Part shown: positions 8,905-18,614 of the stretch, one piece after another
Numbering within the stretch: position 1 is the stretch's first letter
Layout of the letters: every line of letters starts with the position of its first letter
Source: a virus
Lineage: Duplodnaviria; Caudoviricetes
Direction: 5' to 3' (one strand)
DNA length: 64,000 bases
Virus record (IMG/VR): IMGVR_UViG_3300034106_004043
Made by a program: the position numbers and the translations under genes
The notes under the pieces: generated by a model
The model's input: only the letters and a program-made list of their open reading frames with translations
What the model was told of the DNA's origin: nothing
Databases searched by the model: none

Positions 8905-9702
8905 TTATTCTGATTTATTTATTGTATAAGCACTTGTTGATGGTTCAAAACCTAAATTGATAATGTGGAATCTTTTATGACATAAAGATTTATATTTTTT
9001 TGACCACCTTTCAGCAAATTCCAATTCAACTTTAGTTTCATTTGGATTGAATGTTGTTGAAAATTCCCCTATTGACAATAGTTTTTTGACATTATGAACA
9101 CCAGGTCTTAATGAAAAACTTGGCCAGTTAATATATGTTAACCATAAGTCAGGTGTTTGAACTACTTGTAATGCCGAAACATCATCATAAAATAAATTAC
9201 AATTCAATGGTAAATTTGGGTCATAGTACCACTCCCAATAATTTTCATATTCAACAGGTTTGATATTATCAGGAAATTTTTTAAAACTCTGAGAATATCC
9301 AAAATAAGCATAACCATTATTTAAACTTAACGCATCTATCGCTTCAGTAATCTTGAATAAATCCATAAAAAGATAATCATCCTCCAATAAAAAACAATAA
9401 TCAGAATCAGTCTCGATTAATTTATCTCTCCAAGAATTTAATACTCTAGCGTGTCTAAAATTATCAGGAAATGAATTCGGGTAAAAGTGAGTGATGATTT
9501 TGTTTGTATTTGGAAAATAATCATTTAGTAATTTTTCCATTTCTCTTTTATCGTCATTATTAGATGAGTCGTCAAAGAAAATTATATCATCTATTATTTC
9601 CGTATCTAAACAAAAAACAGAAAATGCTTTAATAACACGTCTTAAGAAATGTAGTCTTTTACAAGACATTATTGTTAAAGATATTTTTTTATTATTATAC
9701 AT
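8905..9702 (-). CDS. GT-A fold glycosyltransferase-like protein
   Basis: TIMSCKR, FFDDSS and LLEDDY motifs; sits inside the glycosyltransferase cluster. Confidence 0.6.
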   Translation of the reverse strand: MYNNKKISLTIMSCKRLHFLRRVIKAFSVFCLDTEIIDDIIFFDDSSNNDDKREMEKLLNDYFPNTNKIITHFYPNSFPDNFRHARVLNSWRDKLIETDSDYCFLLEDDYLFMDLFKITEAIDALSLNNGYAYFGYSQSFKKFPDNIKPVEYENYWEWYYDPNLPLNCNLFYDDVSALQVVQTPDLWLTYINWPSFSLRPGVHNVKKLLSIGEFSTTFNPNETKVELEFAERWSKKYKSLCHKRFHIINLGFEPSTSAYTINKSE

Positions 9703-9718
9703 TTTTTAAATTTTAAAA

Positions 9719-11455
9719 TTAAGAAAATACCACATAATCAAGAATATTTTCATTTATAATATCGTATAAAAATTCATTTGTCTGAGTGTCATATACCGAT
9801 ACTTTTTTAATTTCACTATTAAAAATATTAAATGACCAATGACCATAATTTTCCAAAGTATAATAATAAGTTTCATTACTATCATCTAAAAAATTAACAA
9901 TTATTTTTCTTTCTGATTTAAAATTATTGTAATTATACGATAATACCATTTTAGAATCTTGTCCTAAAATATTATAAATTTTAATTGAGCATCCGTTAAA
10001 CTTTGATGATATATTACTAACTGTCGTTTCAGTATTCCAAATCGTACCCACAAAATCTTCATTCATGGATATTTCACCATTTTTTCTAATCAAAAATCCA
10101 TTATCTTTTTGATTAATATTGTGATAAAGATATTTTTCAACATTAATAAAATCAGTACCAAATCCATTATTTTGTAAATAATTTTTATAATCTTCCTCAC
10201 AATTAATCCTATTAATTATCTGTTGGAAGTATTCTATTTCACAATAAAAATAATGGAACGAAACATCTCTACCTTCATTAAAATAAAACATTCCCTTTTT
10301 GTTTTGAGTAGAACAAATCACTGGTACAGTTGTCATATATTCATAACCTTCTTCACTATATAAATCATCAACTTCAATTCTTTGGAAATGTGTAAACCCA
10401 AATGACTTACACAAATCTAATGAGTTAAACAAATTAACCATAACAGGTAATCCATGTTTTTGTATTGTATTTGTAACTTCATGAGTTGTTAATGAACCAA
10501 GGTTTTTCCAAAAAATAACTGGTTCGGAATTAGTGTATTCACCTTCAAAAAGAATGTTATTTGAGTTATATAAATGATAATCAACAATTTTTAATATATG
10601 TTCAGGAACAATAGTATTAGACACAAGAAGTATTGTATGGTTATACTTTTTTAAGTTATTAATACATAACTCCAACTTATTTAAAACATTTTCATTATGG
10701 ATAAAACAATCGACTATTGTTATTGTTTTAAATTCATCTTTAATATTTTGTCTTTTGAGTTCATTAGAAACTATTATGTTTTTTTTGTTTTTTTCTTCTT
10801 CCGAAATATTTGAAAACATACCATCATTTGATATTCGATAAATTCCCCCACATTTATGAATACACTTAATTAAACCGTGTTTACTAATTTCATAATTAAG
10901 CGGCCAATCAACATAAGGTAAATTTGTAAAATAATCTTTAATTAAATTTGGTATGTTTCTAAATACCCTCGCAAAAGATGCATGATTAATAGTTAATAAA
11001 TCATCTGTAGTTATATCGTCAAGAAATGAACTAATAAACAATTCAGGAACTGTAGGTATCTTGGTACCATCGGGATGCAAATATCTTGTTCCTGTACAAA
11101 CCATACTATAATTTGGACTGTTCTCTAAAAATTCAACTTCTTCATTTAAGATTGTATAATTATCAAAATAATCATCTCCGTCAATATAAGCAATGTATTT
11201 TGTTTTACAGTAATTTAATAAAGTTCTAATATTTTCAAAACCTCCTAAATTAGTATCACCATTTAAAATTATTAAATTAGGGTATTTTTCTTTTAATTTA
11301 ATTAAAACATCTTTAGTATTATCTGTCGACCCATCATCCCTTACTATCACATCAAACCCATAATTAATTTTTTGAGAGTATATTGAATCAATACACTCTT
11401 CAATATATTTTTCAAAATTATAAGATGGTACTACTACCGTAAGTATTTTTTTCAT
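9719..11455 (-). CDS. GT2 glycosyltransferase with a large unknown C-terminal domain
   Basis: VVVPSYNFEKYIEECIDSI, DDGSTD and YIAYIDGDDY are canonical GT2 motifs. Confidence 0.85.
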   Translation of the reverse strand: MKKILTVVVPSYNFEKYIEECIDSIYSQKINYGFDVIVRDDGSTDNTKDVLIKLKEKYPNLIILNGDTNLGGFENIRTLLNYCKTKYIAYIDGDDYFDNYTILNEEVEFLENSPNYSMVCTGTRYLHPDGTKIPTVPELFISSFLDDITTDDLLTINHASFARVFRNIPNLIKDYFTNLPYVDWPLNYEISKHGLIKCIHKCGGIYRISNDGMFSNISEEEKNKKNIIVSNELKRQNIKDEFKTITIVDCFIHNENVLNKLELCINNLKKYNHTILLVSNTIVPEHILKIVDYHLYNSNNILFEGEYTNSEPVIFWKNLGSLTTHEVTNTIQKHGLPVMVNLFNSLDLCKSFGFTHFQRIEVDDLYSEEGYEYMTTVPVICSTQNKKGMFYFNEGRDVSFHYFYCEIEYFQQIINRINCEEDYKNYLQNNGFGTDFINVEKYLYHNINQKDNGFLIRKNGEISMNEDFVGTIWNTETTVSNISSKFNGCSIKIYNILGQDSKMVLSYNYNNFKSERKIIVNFLDDSNETYYYTLENYGHWSFNIFNSEIKKVSVYDTQTNEFLYDIINENILDYVVFS

Positions 11456-11467
11456 TATTTATCCCTA

Positions 11468-11836
11468 TTATTTTTTTAGAATTATTGCATTCCCCTCAAT
11501 TAAAATTTCATCATCTTTAAAAATTATTGTTTTTAAAAAAAACTTATTTCCGTCTTTTTTATCAAGTTCTACAATCACCTCAATTTCATCATTAATAAAA
11601 CAAGGGTTTTTAAAAATCAAATTTTGTTGTAGATATATTGAACCCTTACCAGGATATACTTCAGATATCAATCTTGAAAAAAAGGAACTTAATAACATCC
11701 CGTGAGCAACTCTTTTACCAAAAATAGTTGATTTAGCGTATTCCTCATCTAAGTGTATTGGGTTTTTATCTCCTGATAACTCAGAGAAATCTTTAACCAT
11801 ATCTTCAGAAATTAAAATTTTTTCAGATACTCGCAT
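11468..11836 (-). CDS. MaoC/PhaJ-family (R)-specific enoyl-CoA hydratase
   Basis: FSELSGDKNPIHLDEEYA...VAHGML hotdog-fold hydratase-2 motif. Confidence 0.9.
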   Translation of the reverse strand: MRVSEKILISEDMVKDFSELSGDKNPIHLDEEYAKSTIFGKRVAHGMLLSSFFSRLISEVYPGKGSIYLQQNLIFKNPCFINDEIEVIVELDKKDGNKFFLKTIIFKDDEILIEGNAIILKK

Positions 11837-12375
11837 TCTAAATTTATTATATTTTTTTTTCTATCCTTTATTTCTTTAGCCGGTATTCCAACCGCAATTT
11901 TAGACTCAGATATGTTTTTATTTACTAATGATAAACTACCTATAGCACTATAATCTTCAATCTCAACATTTGGTAATATTATAGTACCCGCACCAATAAT
12001 AACATGTTTACCTAATATGACTTTACCTGAAATCACATTTGTAAATTCTTTATTAACTGTGGGATTTGTCATGAATTCCCCACTATAATCATCTGTTGAT
12101 GTATATATGGATACTCTAGAAGATAGTCCTGAAAAATCTTTCATTACAATTTCTTCATTACCCATTAAACTACAGAAAATTGCAATATGGACATTATTAC
12201 CTAACTTAATTCCTCCATTACCAGCACTTATCACACAAAAATCATCAATTCTAACATTATTACCCAATTCAATATTTTTAGGATTATAAATTGAACATCT
12301 ATTAGAAATTAAAACATTATCCCCAATAGATTTGAAACCTATTTCGACCAACTCATTTTTACTATAAAATCCCAT
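11812..12375 (-). CDS. hexapeptide-repeat sugar N-acyltransferase, AntD-like
   Basis: FYSKNEL..IGFKSIG.NVLIS...SIYNP..I..GNNVRIDDFC and DDYSG...P closely follow the Bacillus AntD sequence as I recall it; left-handed beta-helix hexapeptides. Confidence 0.8.
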   Translation of the reverse strand: MGFYSKNELVEIGFKSIGDNVLISNRCSIYNPKNIELGNNVRIDDFCVISAGNGGIKLGNNVHIAIFCSLMGNEEIVMKDFSGLSSRVSIYTSTDDYSGEFMTNPTVNKEFTNVISGKVILGKHVIIGAGTIILPNVEIEDYSAIGSLSLVNKNISESKIAVGIPAKEIKDRKKNIINLECEYLKKF

Positions 12376-13028
12376 TATTTTTTATATATTTCAAATTTTG
12401 ATAAGTCAGGATATGGTAGTTCCAAATCTTCATTATGTTTAGGTGTACCATCCATGTTATAAAATTGATTCATAAGTAATAAACCTCTTGAAGCAATTTC
12501 AGGCATCATGTAAAAATTCCATCCTAACATATCAAAATTATCATCATGATACGATACTTCATTCCTACCTGAATATCTCGCTCGTTTAAACCACTTGTAA
12601 GCCTCAAAATCGTCAGTTAAGATTGCACCACCTTTACCAAGTTTTAAGTGTTTATATGGGCCTGTAAATGATAAACACATATGTGTTCCTGGTATATACA
12701 TATCACTTGTAAATCTTAATGCCGAATCCCAAACATTTGTTGGTGATAGTTGATACGCTCCTTTTAATGTTGACCCATAAACAGGTTCAAACTCGACTTT
12801 ACCTCCAGCGTGGATAATCTCGCAAGGTACTGACGGGTATGTTCTACTTGGTATTTTAATTGTTTTACCATTAATTTTCTCATAATACAACGCTAAAAAT
12901 AAAGCGTTACTTTGATTATCAACTGTAACAGCATATGGTGCACCAGCATATTCAGCTAATTGTTCTTCAAATTTTTTTGTGACATCGTAAACCGATGATG
13001 ACAATGTACCAGGTGTTCTTAATTTCAT
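12375..13028 (-). CDS. DegT/DnrJ/EryC1/StrS-family sugar aminotransferase (short form, 217 aa)
   Basis: FEEQLAEYAGAPYAVTVDNQSNALFLAL, and SFTGPYKHLKLGKGG (PLP lysine region), GWNFYM. Confidence 0.8.
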   Translation of the reverse strand: MKLRTPGTLSSSVYDVTKKFEEQLAEYAGAPYAVTVDNQSNALFLALYYEKINGKTIKIPSRTYPSVPCEIIHAGGKVEFEPVYGSTLKGAYQLSPTNVWDSALRFTSDMYIPGTHMCLSFTGPYKHLKLGKGGAILTDDFEAYKWFKRARYSGRNEVSYHDDNFDMLGWNFYMMPEIASRGLLLMNQFYNMDGTPKHNEDLELPYPDLSKFEIYKK

Positions 13029-13029
13029 A

Positions 13030-15636
13030 TTATTTTATTTTTTTAGCAATATAATTATCAGTTGTTGTATGCGTAATTGTAAATCCAAATTCATGTAGTT
13101 TTTGTATTATTTTTTGATTACTATTTTCATCATTAGTTTTTTCAACACACAATAATCTACATTTTTTTAATTTATTTTGTATTTCATCTATTACAATTAA
13201 TTCATGCCCTTCAACGTCAATATTAATGAAATCATAGGTATCTTTTTCTAAATCATAATATTCAACAATATCATTAAAATTGTATACTATTATTTGATTT
13301 TCTTTCCAACTCATTCCAATAAATCTTTCTTTATTTTCAGGATGTATAGTAGATAATATTCCCTGCGGAGCATCGCTCACATCCCAGTTCAAACTTTCAT
13401 GTATATTTATCACATCTGTTTTATTTGAAACACCCGCATTAATACATTTAATATTTTTATTTTTTTTATATAAATTCTGTAATTTTAAAAAAGCAGTTTG
13501 GGTAGGTTCAACACAAACTCCATCCCATCCTAATAATGCAAGCGCGTGTGTATTTGAAAATGTTTTACCGTCATTCGCACCAATATCTAAAAATTTATTT
13601 GTTTTTGGGTCTTCCCCATCAAAAAATGATAGAATTATTTCCTGTTCATTGTTTTGTGAAAAATCTAAAATGTCATTGTTAACTTTATTTTTAGGTTTAG
13701 CAAAGATTACTCCATGTTTAGCGTTTTTATCCGCTTTAGTTTTACGTCCCATTTCATAAATGATAATATCATATTCAAAATCATTTTTTTCAAGTTTTTC
13801 AAGTATGATATTAATTTGTCCATTGGTATTTTCATGAAACTCAATCATAAATCTATCCACCAATCCAATCTGTTCATCAGTAATTGATTCAAAAATTGGG
13901 TATTCACCACCCTCAATATCACATTTAAATAATGATATTCTACCATAGTCATTATCTTTGTAGATATCATCAATAGTAATAGTGTCACAACTAATTAAAT
14001 TGTTAAGTTGACCATATTCTCCCACATTACCGTCAAAAACATTTGACCCAATAGTTGAATTTTCTTTTGAAAATCTGAAATCAATCTTGGTATGTTCCTT
14101 GTAAACAGGGTTCATATAAATGGTTGATTTAGATAAATCACCATCTAAATGATATTCAATACTTTCCCTTAGGTATGGATTTGCCTCAACTAAAATAACT
14201 TTTTTAGCATTTATGGTATACATGTACTTAGCGAATAACCCAACATTAGCACCAATATCAATTACAGTATCAAGATTTTCTAACTTTAAATCATCAAAAC
14301 ATCTATCAACAAAAAACTCATAATAGTTAATGTAATTACAATCCAAAGGTTTAAATTTAAATTCAGGTATTCTTGGGTAGAAATTAGGATTAACAATTAA
14401 CTCTTGACCAAAAACTAATTCGTTTGTTTCCACATCATAGAACTCAACTAAAAATCCTCTAAAGTTAGGATTGTCTTTGAATTTTTTAATATGAATTGGG
14501 ATAGGCATTGTCCAATAAAATATTGGGTATTCCAAAGGTAAATTAAACCAATACATCGGAGCCTTTGAAGTTATGTCTCTAATACTAACATTAAAATCAA
14601 ACTTTTTATTGCCGGTATAGTTAATGGTAATCTGATTATTATCACCATTAAAATCAAAACTGAAAAGAGAGTCAATACCCCCAACATTTAATACATCCAT
14701 CATATTATTTACATCTTTATCTATATCTCCAGTTAAAAATGTAACTTGAGGTAGTTTATCATATTTTCCACAATACACATCCAAATTATACATCATCATA
14801 GGAATACCATATTCAATAGCCTCCTTAATGGCAATTGGATTTAATTCTTTATTATTTCTATCCCCTTTTGATGGGAACATAAACAAATCGGACGCTTCCA
14901 AAAATTCATTTACATTATCCTTTTCACCCCAAATAATACAGTTTTCAGGTTTGTTATTCATCAGTGGTTCCCAATAACTTCTAAAGTTATCTGCCTGATT
15001 TCCAATGAAATGAAATTTAATTTTACTATTTTCTAACTTACGAGCAATTTCAAAAATGTATTTTTGATTTTTTCTTTCAGTGAATAACCCAACATTAACA
15101 ACATGTTTCCACCCTTTATCGAACCCAAGTTTTTCTTGGAGCATGTTCTTTCTTTTTTCTCTGTTTTCAATAGGATACTCAATTACCTCATAAGGTATGT
15201 CAAACATTGAATACTGAATAGCATTAAACACACTAACAAAGATAAACTTGTCAGGAAACCAAACCTTAGATGTTGGTTTAAAACTTGAATCGTGCGTGGT
15301 TTCAAATATTTTATATGGACGATTTTGTCTATAAATTTGTCTTGTAATGTTATTATCCATGAAAAATTCAGGGAACTCCTCCATTGATATAATGTCAGGT
15401 TGGAAATCGTTAATAACATCAATTAAAACATTCTTATCATCCCATAGAGTAATAAGATTGTCCTCACCAATCATATTTTTAATTCTGTTCTTCTGAACAA
15501 CAAAATCCCAAGAATAACACCCGTATTCAACACACTTTATAATATAATCGTCTTTAAGAAGTTGAATCTTATTCGTAGTAACCTGTGGTAGTCCCCCAGT
15601 AGATAGGTGTGGGACTATAAATAATATTTTCTTCAT
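13030..15636 (-). CDS. GT4 glycosyltransferase fused to two FkbM-family methyltransferase domains
   Basis: PHLSTGGLPQ, RKNQK and ELNPIAIKEA (GT4). Two FkbM cores: IDIGANVG...KCDIEGGE and LDIGANDG...NIDVEGHE. ATG at 15636 preferred. Confidence 0.8.
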   Translation of the reverse strand: MKKILFIVPHLSTGGLPQVTTNKIQLLKDDYIIKCVEYGCYSWDFVVQKNRIKNMIGEDNLITLWDDKNVLIDVINDFQPDIISMEEFPEFFMDNNITRQIYRQNRPYKIFETTHDSSFKPTSKVWFPDKFIFVSVFNAIQYSMFDIPYEVIEYPIENREKRKNMLQEKLGFDKGWKHVVNVGLFTERKNQKYIFEIARKLENSKIKFHFIGNQADNFRSYWEPLMNNKPENCIIWGEKDNVNEFLEASDLFMFPSKGDRNNKELNPIAIKEAIEYGIPMMMYNLDVYCGKYDKLPQVTFLTGDIDKDVNNMMDVLNVGGIDSLFSFDFNGDNNQITINYTGNKKFDFNVSIRDITSKAPMYWFNLPLEYPIFYWTMPIPIHIKKFKDNPNFRGFLVEFYDVETNELVFGQELIVNPNFYPRIPEFKFKPLDCNYINYYEFFVDRCFDDLKLENLDTVIDIGANVGLFAKYMYTINAKKVILVEANPYLRESIEYHLDGDLSKSTIYMNPVYKEHTKIDFRFSKENSTIGSNVFDGNVGEYGQLNNLISCDTITIDDIYKDNDYGRISLFKCDIEGGEYPIFESITDEQIGLVDRFMIEFHENTNGQINIILEKLEKNDFEYDIIIYEMGRKTKADKNAKHGVIFAKPKNKVNNDILDFSQNNEQEIILSFFDGEDPKTNKFLDIGANDGKTFSNTHALALLGWDGVCVEPTQTAFLKLQNLYKKNKNIKCINAGVSNKTDVINIHESLNWDVSDAPQGILSTIHPENKERFIGMSWKENQIIVYNFNDIVEYYDLEKDTYDFINIDVEGHELIVIDEIQNKLKKCRLLCVEKTNDENSNQKIIQKLHEFGFTITHTTTDNYIAKKIK

Positions 15637-15707
15637 ACCTAAAAAAAATAACAATATTTATTTCATAAATCCATAGAATATAGTATCTTTACAAAAAAAT
15701 ATACACA

Positions 15708-16094
15708 ATGAAAAAATTTATCTTATCAGTCTTTTTAGTTCTTTCAACACTATTATCATTCTCTCAAGAAGTAGGTTTTGCTAAAGCCGTAGAACTCTAT
15801 ACAGGTTATAGAGACACAAATAACGAAATCGTATGGAATGGTTCACCAACATCAGTGGATATTCTAATCAAGTTAGAAGACGACAAAGTAACCATCTTTA
15901 GTCAACAAACCCAAGTATATCGTGTAGTAACCAAACTAAGTGACGAAGATTCATATATCACTTACAGAATGTTAGATTCACAAGGTGGTAACTGTAACTT
16001 CCATATGGGTCCATCTGAAACTCAAGGTTATATATTCATCGCAATTGAATACAACGATTATGCTTGGATGTATCTAACAGAGATAGACGAATAA
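15708..16094 (+). CDS. secreted protein with a Sec signal peptide
   Basis: MKKFILSVFLVLSTLLSFS|Q. Cleavage before Gln is typical of Bacteroidota. TATCTTTA lies upstream. Confidence 0.75.
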   Translation: MKKFILSVFLVLSTLLSFSQEVGFAKAVELYTGYRDTNNEIVWNGSPTSVDILIKLEDDKVTIFSQQTQVYRVVTKLSDEDSYITYRMLDSQGGNCNFHMGPSETQGYIFIAIEYNDYAWMYLTEIDE

Positions 16095-16096
16095 AT

Positions 16097-17017
16097 CTAC
16101 CCCCTCTTGTGTTTAACGTACATATTAACATAGAAATCACCAATACCGTCATTTTTAAAACCCTTACCTTTAACACGTAGGGGTTTTGTTGTATCTATCT
16201 CTTCAGGTAATTTAATATTTAGACTACCTGATGGATGTGGGACATCTAAAGTATCTTTATTAAAATCATCTAACGACATTTGATAATTGTATACTAAGTC
16301 GTTGTTTACCTTATCAAAACCATCCTGTGGTGTTATTTTAACTTTTAATATTAAATCACCAAACAAACCATTATGATAATCACCCATAGATGATGCTTTA
16401 ATCAATTGACCATCAGATATACCATGAGGTAAATTGATATTAATAGTTTCAAACTTATTATTTTTACCTTCACCAGCACAGGAGAAACAAACATTCTTTA
16501 ATGAATATCCCTTACCTTGACATGAGTTACATGTTGTCTGTAAAATATTTGAGAAGAAAGAATTACCAACTCTTTGTACTATTCTACCTGAACCATTACA
16601 AGTGTTACAAGTAATTCTATCCCCACCCTGTCCATTACAGGTGTTACAATTAACTTTTCGACTAAACTGAACATCTATATTATGAGCTAAAAAAGAATCA
16701 ATTGTACCTATATTTAAATCAACTACTTTATCAGGTGCTCTTTTCTGTTTTGGACCCGCCATATTATTAAACAAATCGTTAAACATACTAAATGGGTCTG
16801 AGTCAAACCCTCCAAACGGATTACTACCACCTAAATCATATTGTCTTCTTTTTTCATCATCACCCAAAGTATCATACGCTTGAGAAATTTTCTTAAATGT
16901 CTCTTCATTACCACCTTTATCAGGGTGATGTTCAACTGCTAATTTTCGATACGCCTTTTTAATTTCATCTTGTGTTGATGACCTATCGACTCCAAGTATT
17001 TCGTAAAAATTTTCCAA
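16097..17017 (-). CDS. dnaJ: DnaJ co-chaperone (J domain, short G/F region, four CxxCxGxG motifs, C-terminal domain)
   Basis: FYEILGV...IKKAYRKLA...HHPDKGG, followed by [24 protein letters not shown] and CFSCAGEG. Confidence 0.92.
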   Translation of the reverse strand: MENFYEILGVDRSSTQDEIKKAYRKLAVEHHPDKGGNEETFKKISQAYDTLGDDEKRRQYDLGGSNPFGGFDSDPFSMFNDLFNNMAGPKQKRAPDKVVDLNIGTIDSFLAHNIDVQFSRKVNCNTCNGQGGDRITCNTCNGSGRIVQRVGNSFFSNILQTTCNSCQGKGYSLKNVCFSCAGEGKNNKFETININLPHGISDGQLIKASSMGDYHNGLFGDLILKVKITPQDGFDKVNNDLVYNYQMSLDDFNKDTLDVPHPSGSLNIKLPEEIDTTKPLRVKGKGFKNDGIGDFYVNMYVKHKRG

Positions 17018-17054
17018 CTATTTTAATTTTTTATAAATTTATTATCATTACTCT

Positions 17055-17684
17055 ATGGATTCAAAATACCATATAATTTTATTTAAAAATAACAAGAAAA
17101 AAAAGAAACTTAAATCCTTTGTTAGAGAAAATCTTGCAAATGAATATTATAAAAATTTAATATCAAAGTCAAATGAAATTATTTTTGATAAGAAATTTGA
17201 AAATGGTTATGAGTGTCAGTTTTTCCTTGGTATTGTATCTGACAAATATGTCGATAATAATATTCATTATTTAGATGAGTTTGGTAGGAATAAATCAATC
17301 GACCCTAAGATTGACAATAACAACTATATACAAAAAATTAACGTGTATAGATTAGAAGAAAGTCTTTTTGATGTAAAAAATGATAATAAGATTAGTGTCG
17401 ACTACTTTATTAAGAATTATATAAAAGATAAATTGTATCTTATCTCACAAATTAAAAATAAATTTGTTTTACAAAATGATGACGATTTTTCATTATTTAG
17501 TTTAAAGAATGAAGAAGATTGTGAAAGATTTTTAACAATACTGAGTACTTTGGAAGTTAAATCAAAACTAATGATTGTTAGAGATGTCTCTCAGTCACAG
17601 AGAAAATACCTATACAACTTATTGATTGAGAAAGGATTTAATAAAAAGTTCTTGTATACAAGTTTTACTACTTATCCAAGATAA
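17055..17684 (+). CDS. hypothetical protein (209 aa)
   Basis: ORF track; divergent from dnaJ and fills the gap. Confidence 0.7.
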   Translation: MDSKYHIILFKNNKKKKKLKSFVRENLANEYYKNLISKSNEIIFDKKFENGYECQFFLGIVSDKYVDNNIHYLDEFGRNKSIDPKIDNNNYIQKINVYRLEESLFDVKNDNKISVDYFIKNYIKDKLYLISQIKNKFVLQNDDDFSLFSLKNEEDCERFLTILSTLEVKSKLMIVRDVSQSQRKYLYNLLIEKGFNKKFLYTSFTTYPR

Positions 17685-17889
17685 AAATAAAATCAGTCCC
17701 TGAAATATCTACTTTAAATTGTTCAGCCTCGCTATCTTTACCAGTATTAAATGTTGATAACGATGTTTCAAATTCTTCCAAAGGTAACTCAAATATAATT
17801 GTAACTTTACCTTTTAATAAAGTCTGTGAAGCGTCAGCAATAATCGCCAATTTACTTAGAAATTCATCACTTTCCTTATTCTCTGCCAT
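17668..17889 (-). CDS. hypothetical protein (73 aa)
   Basis: ORF track; operon-like packing. Confidence 0.65.
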   Translation of the reverse strand: MAENKESDEFLSKLAIIADASQTLLKGKVTIIFELPLEEFETSLSTFNTGKDSEAEQFKVDISGTDFIFILDK

Positions 17890-18047
17890 AATGTTAATTT
17901 TTTTTCAGGTTTAAAGAAATCTTCTTTTTTGAACTGTTTGAACAATTCCGCCATTTCTTTTTTTTGTCTTTCTAAATCATCTTTATCCTTCTTCTGCGAT
18001 GATGCTAGGGAGTTCAATAACTTCTGAGTTTGGTCTAGATTTAACAT
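17856..18047 (-). CDS. hypothetical protein (63 aa)
   Basis: ORF track; bridges the gap and overlaps both neighbours. Confidence 0.5.
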   Translation of the reverse strand: MLNLDQTQKLLNSLASSQKKDKDDLERQKKEMAELFKQFKKEDFFKPEKKLTLWQRIRKVMNF

Positions 18048-18426
18048 CGTTTAAACTTATTTTTTTATTAATATCAAATTTAAAATTTTTAAGATTATCT
18101 AATGACTCTTTATCAAAAATAGTTTTTAATTCATTAATCTTAGATTCCAATAGTCTTTCTTTCTCCTCTCGCTCTAAATTATAATTAATAATATTCAAGA
18201 TGTTTTCCTGAATAAGATTAATATTTTTTTCATCATATTCACTAACAAATGATAAATTCAATAAGTCATTTGCAGTACCGTTATTAACAAACTTATCCTC
18301 AATTATGTGTTTTTTTAACATTTTCCAAGTCATCGGGAAAGCAACATCAAAAACTAAGTAATTTTCTAATTTCCTAATTTGTGTTAAATAATTTATAATT
18401 GGTGTTAATTCTTTATATATACTCAT
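17983..18426 (-). CDS. hypothetical protein (147 aa)
   Basis: ORF track; 4-nt overlap with the upstream gene. Confidence 0.7.
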   Translation of the reverse strand: MSIYKELTPIINYLTQIRKLENYLVFDVAFPMTWKMLKKHIIEDKFVNNGTANDLLNLSFVSEYDEKNINLIQENILNIINYNLEREEKERLLESKINELKTIFDKESLDNLKNFKFDINKKISLNDVKSRPNSEVIELPSIIAEEG

Positions 18427-18614
18427 GATAAATCAATAATGTAGGTTATAATATAACTTAAAGTTAAATAGAAAGTTAAGAGGTCCCTACCACTTAACTT
18501 TAACCTTTCGGGTGAAGTTTGTAGTAGGGCTCTTAAAAAAATAAATGAAATTCTAAACACATTTAAAATGCTAAGAACAAAGAAAAATAAAAATATTGAC
18601 GTTATATTAAGCAT
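18423..18614 (-). CDS. small membrane protein with two hydrophobic segments
   Basis: ORF track; hydrophobic N- and C-terminal stretches. Confidence 0.6.
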   Translation of the reverse strand: MLNITSIFLFFFVLSILNVFRISFIFLRALLQTSPERLKLSGRDLLTFYLTLSYIITYIIDLS

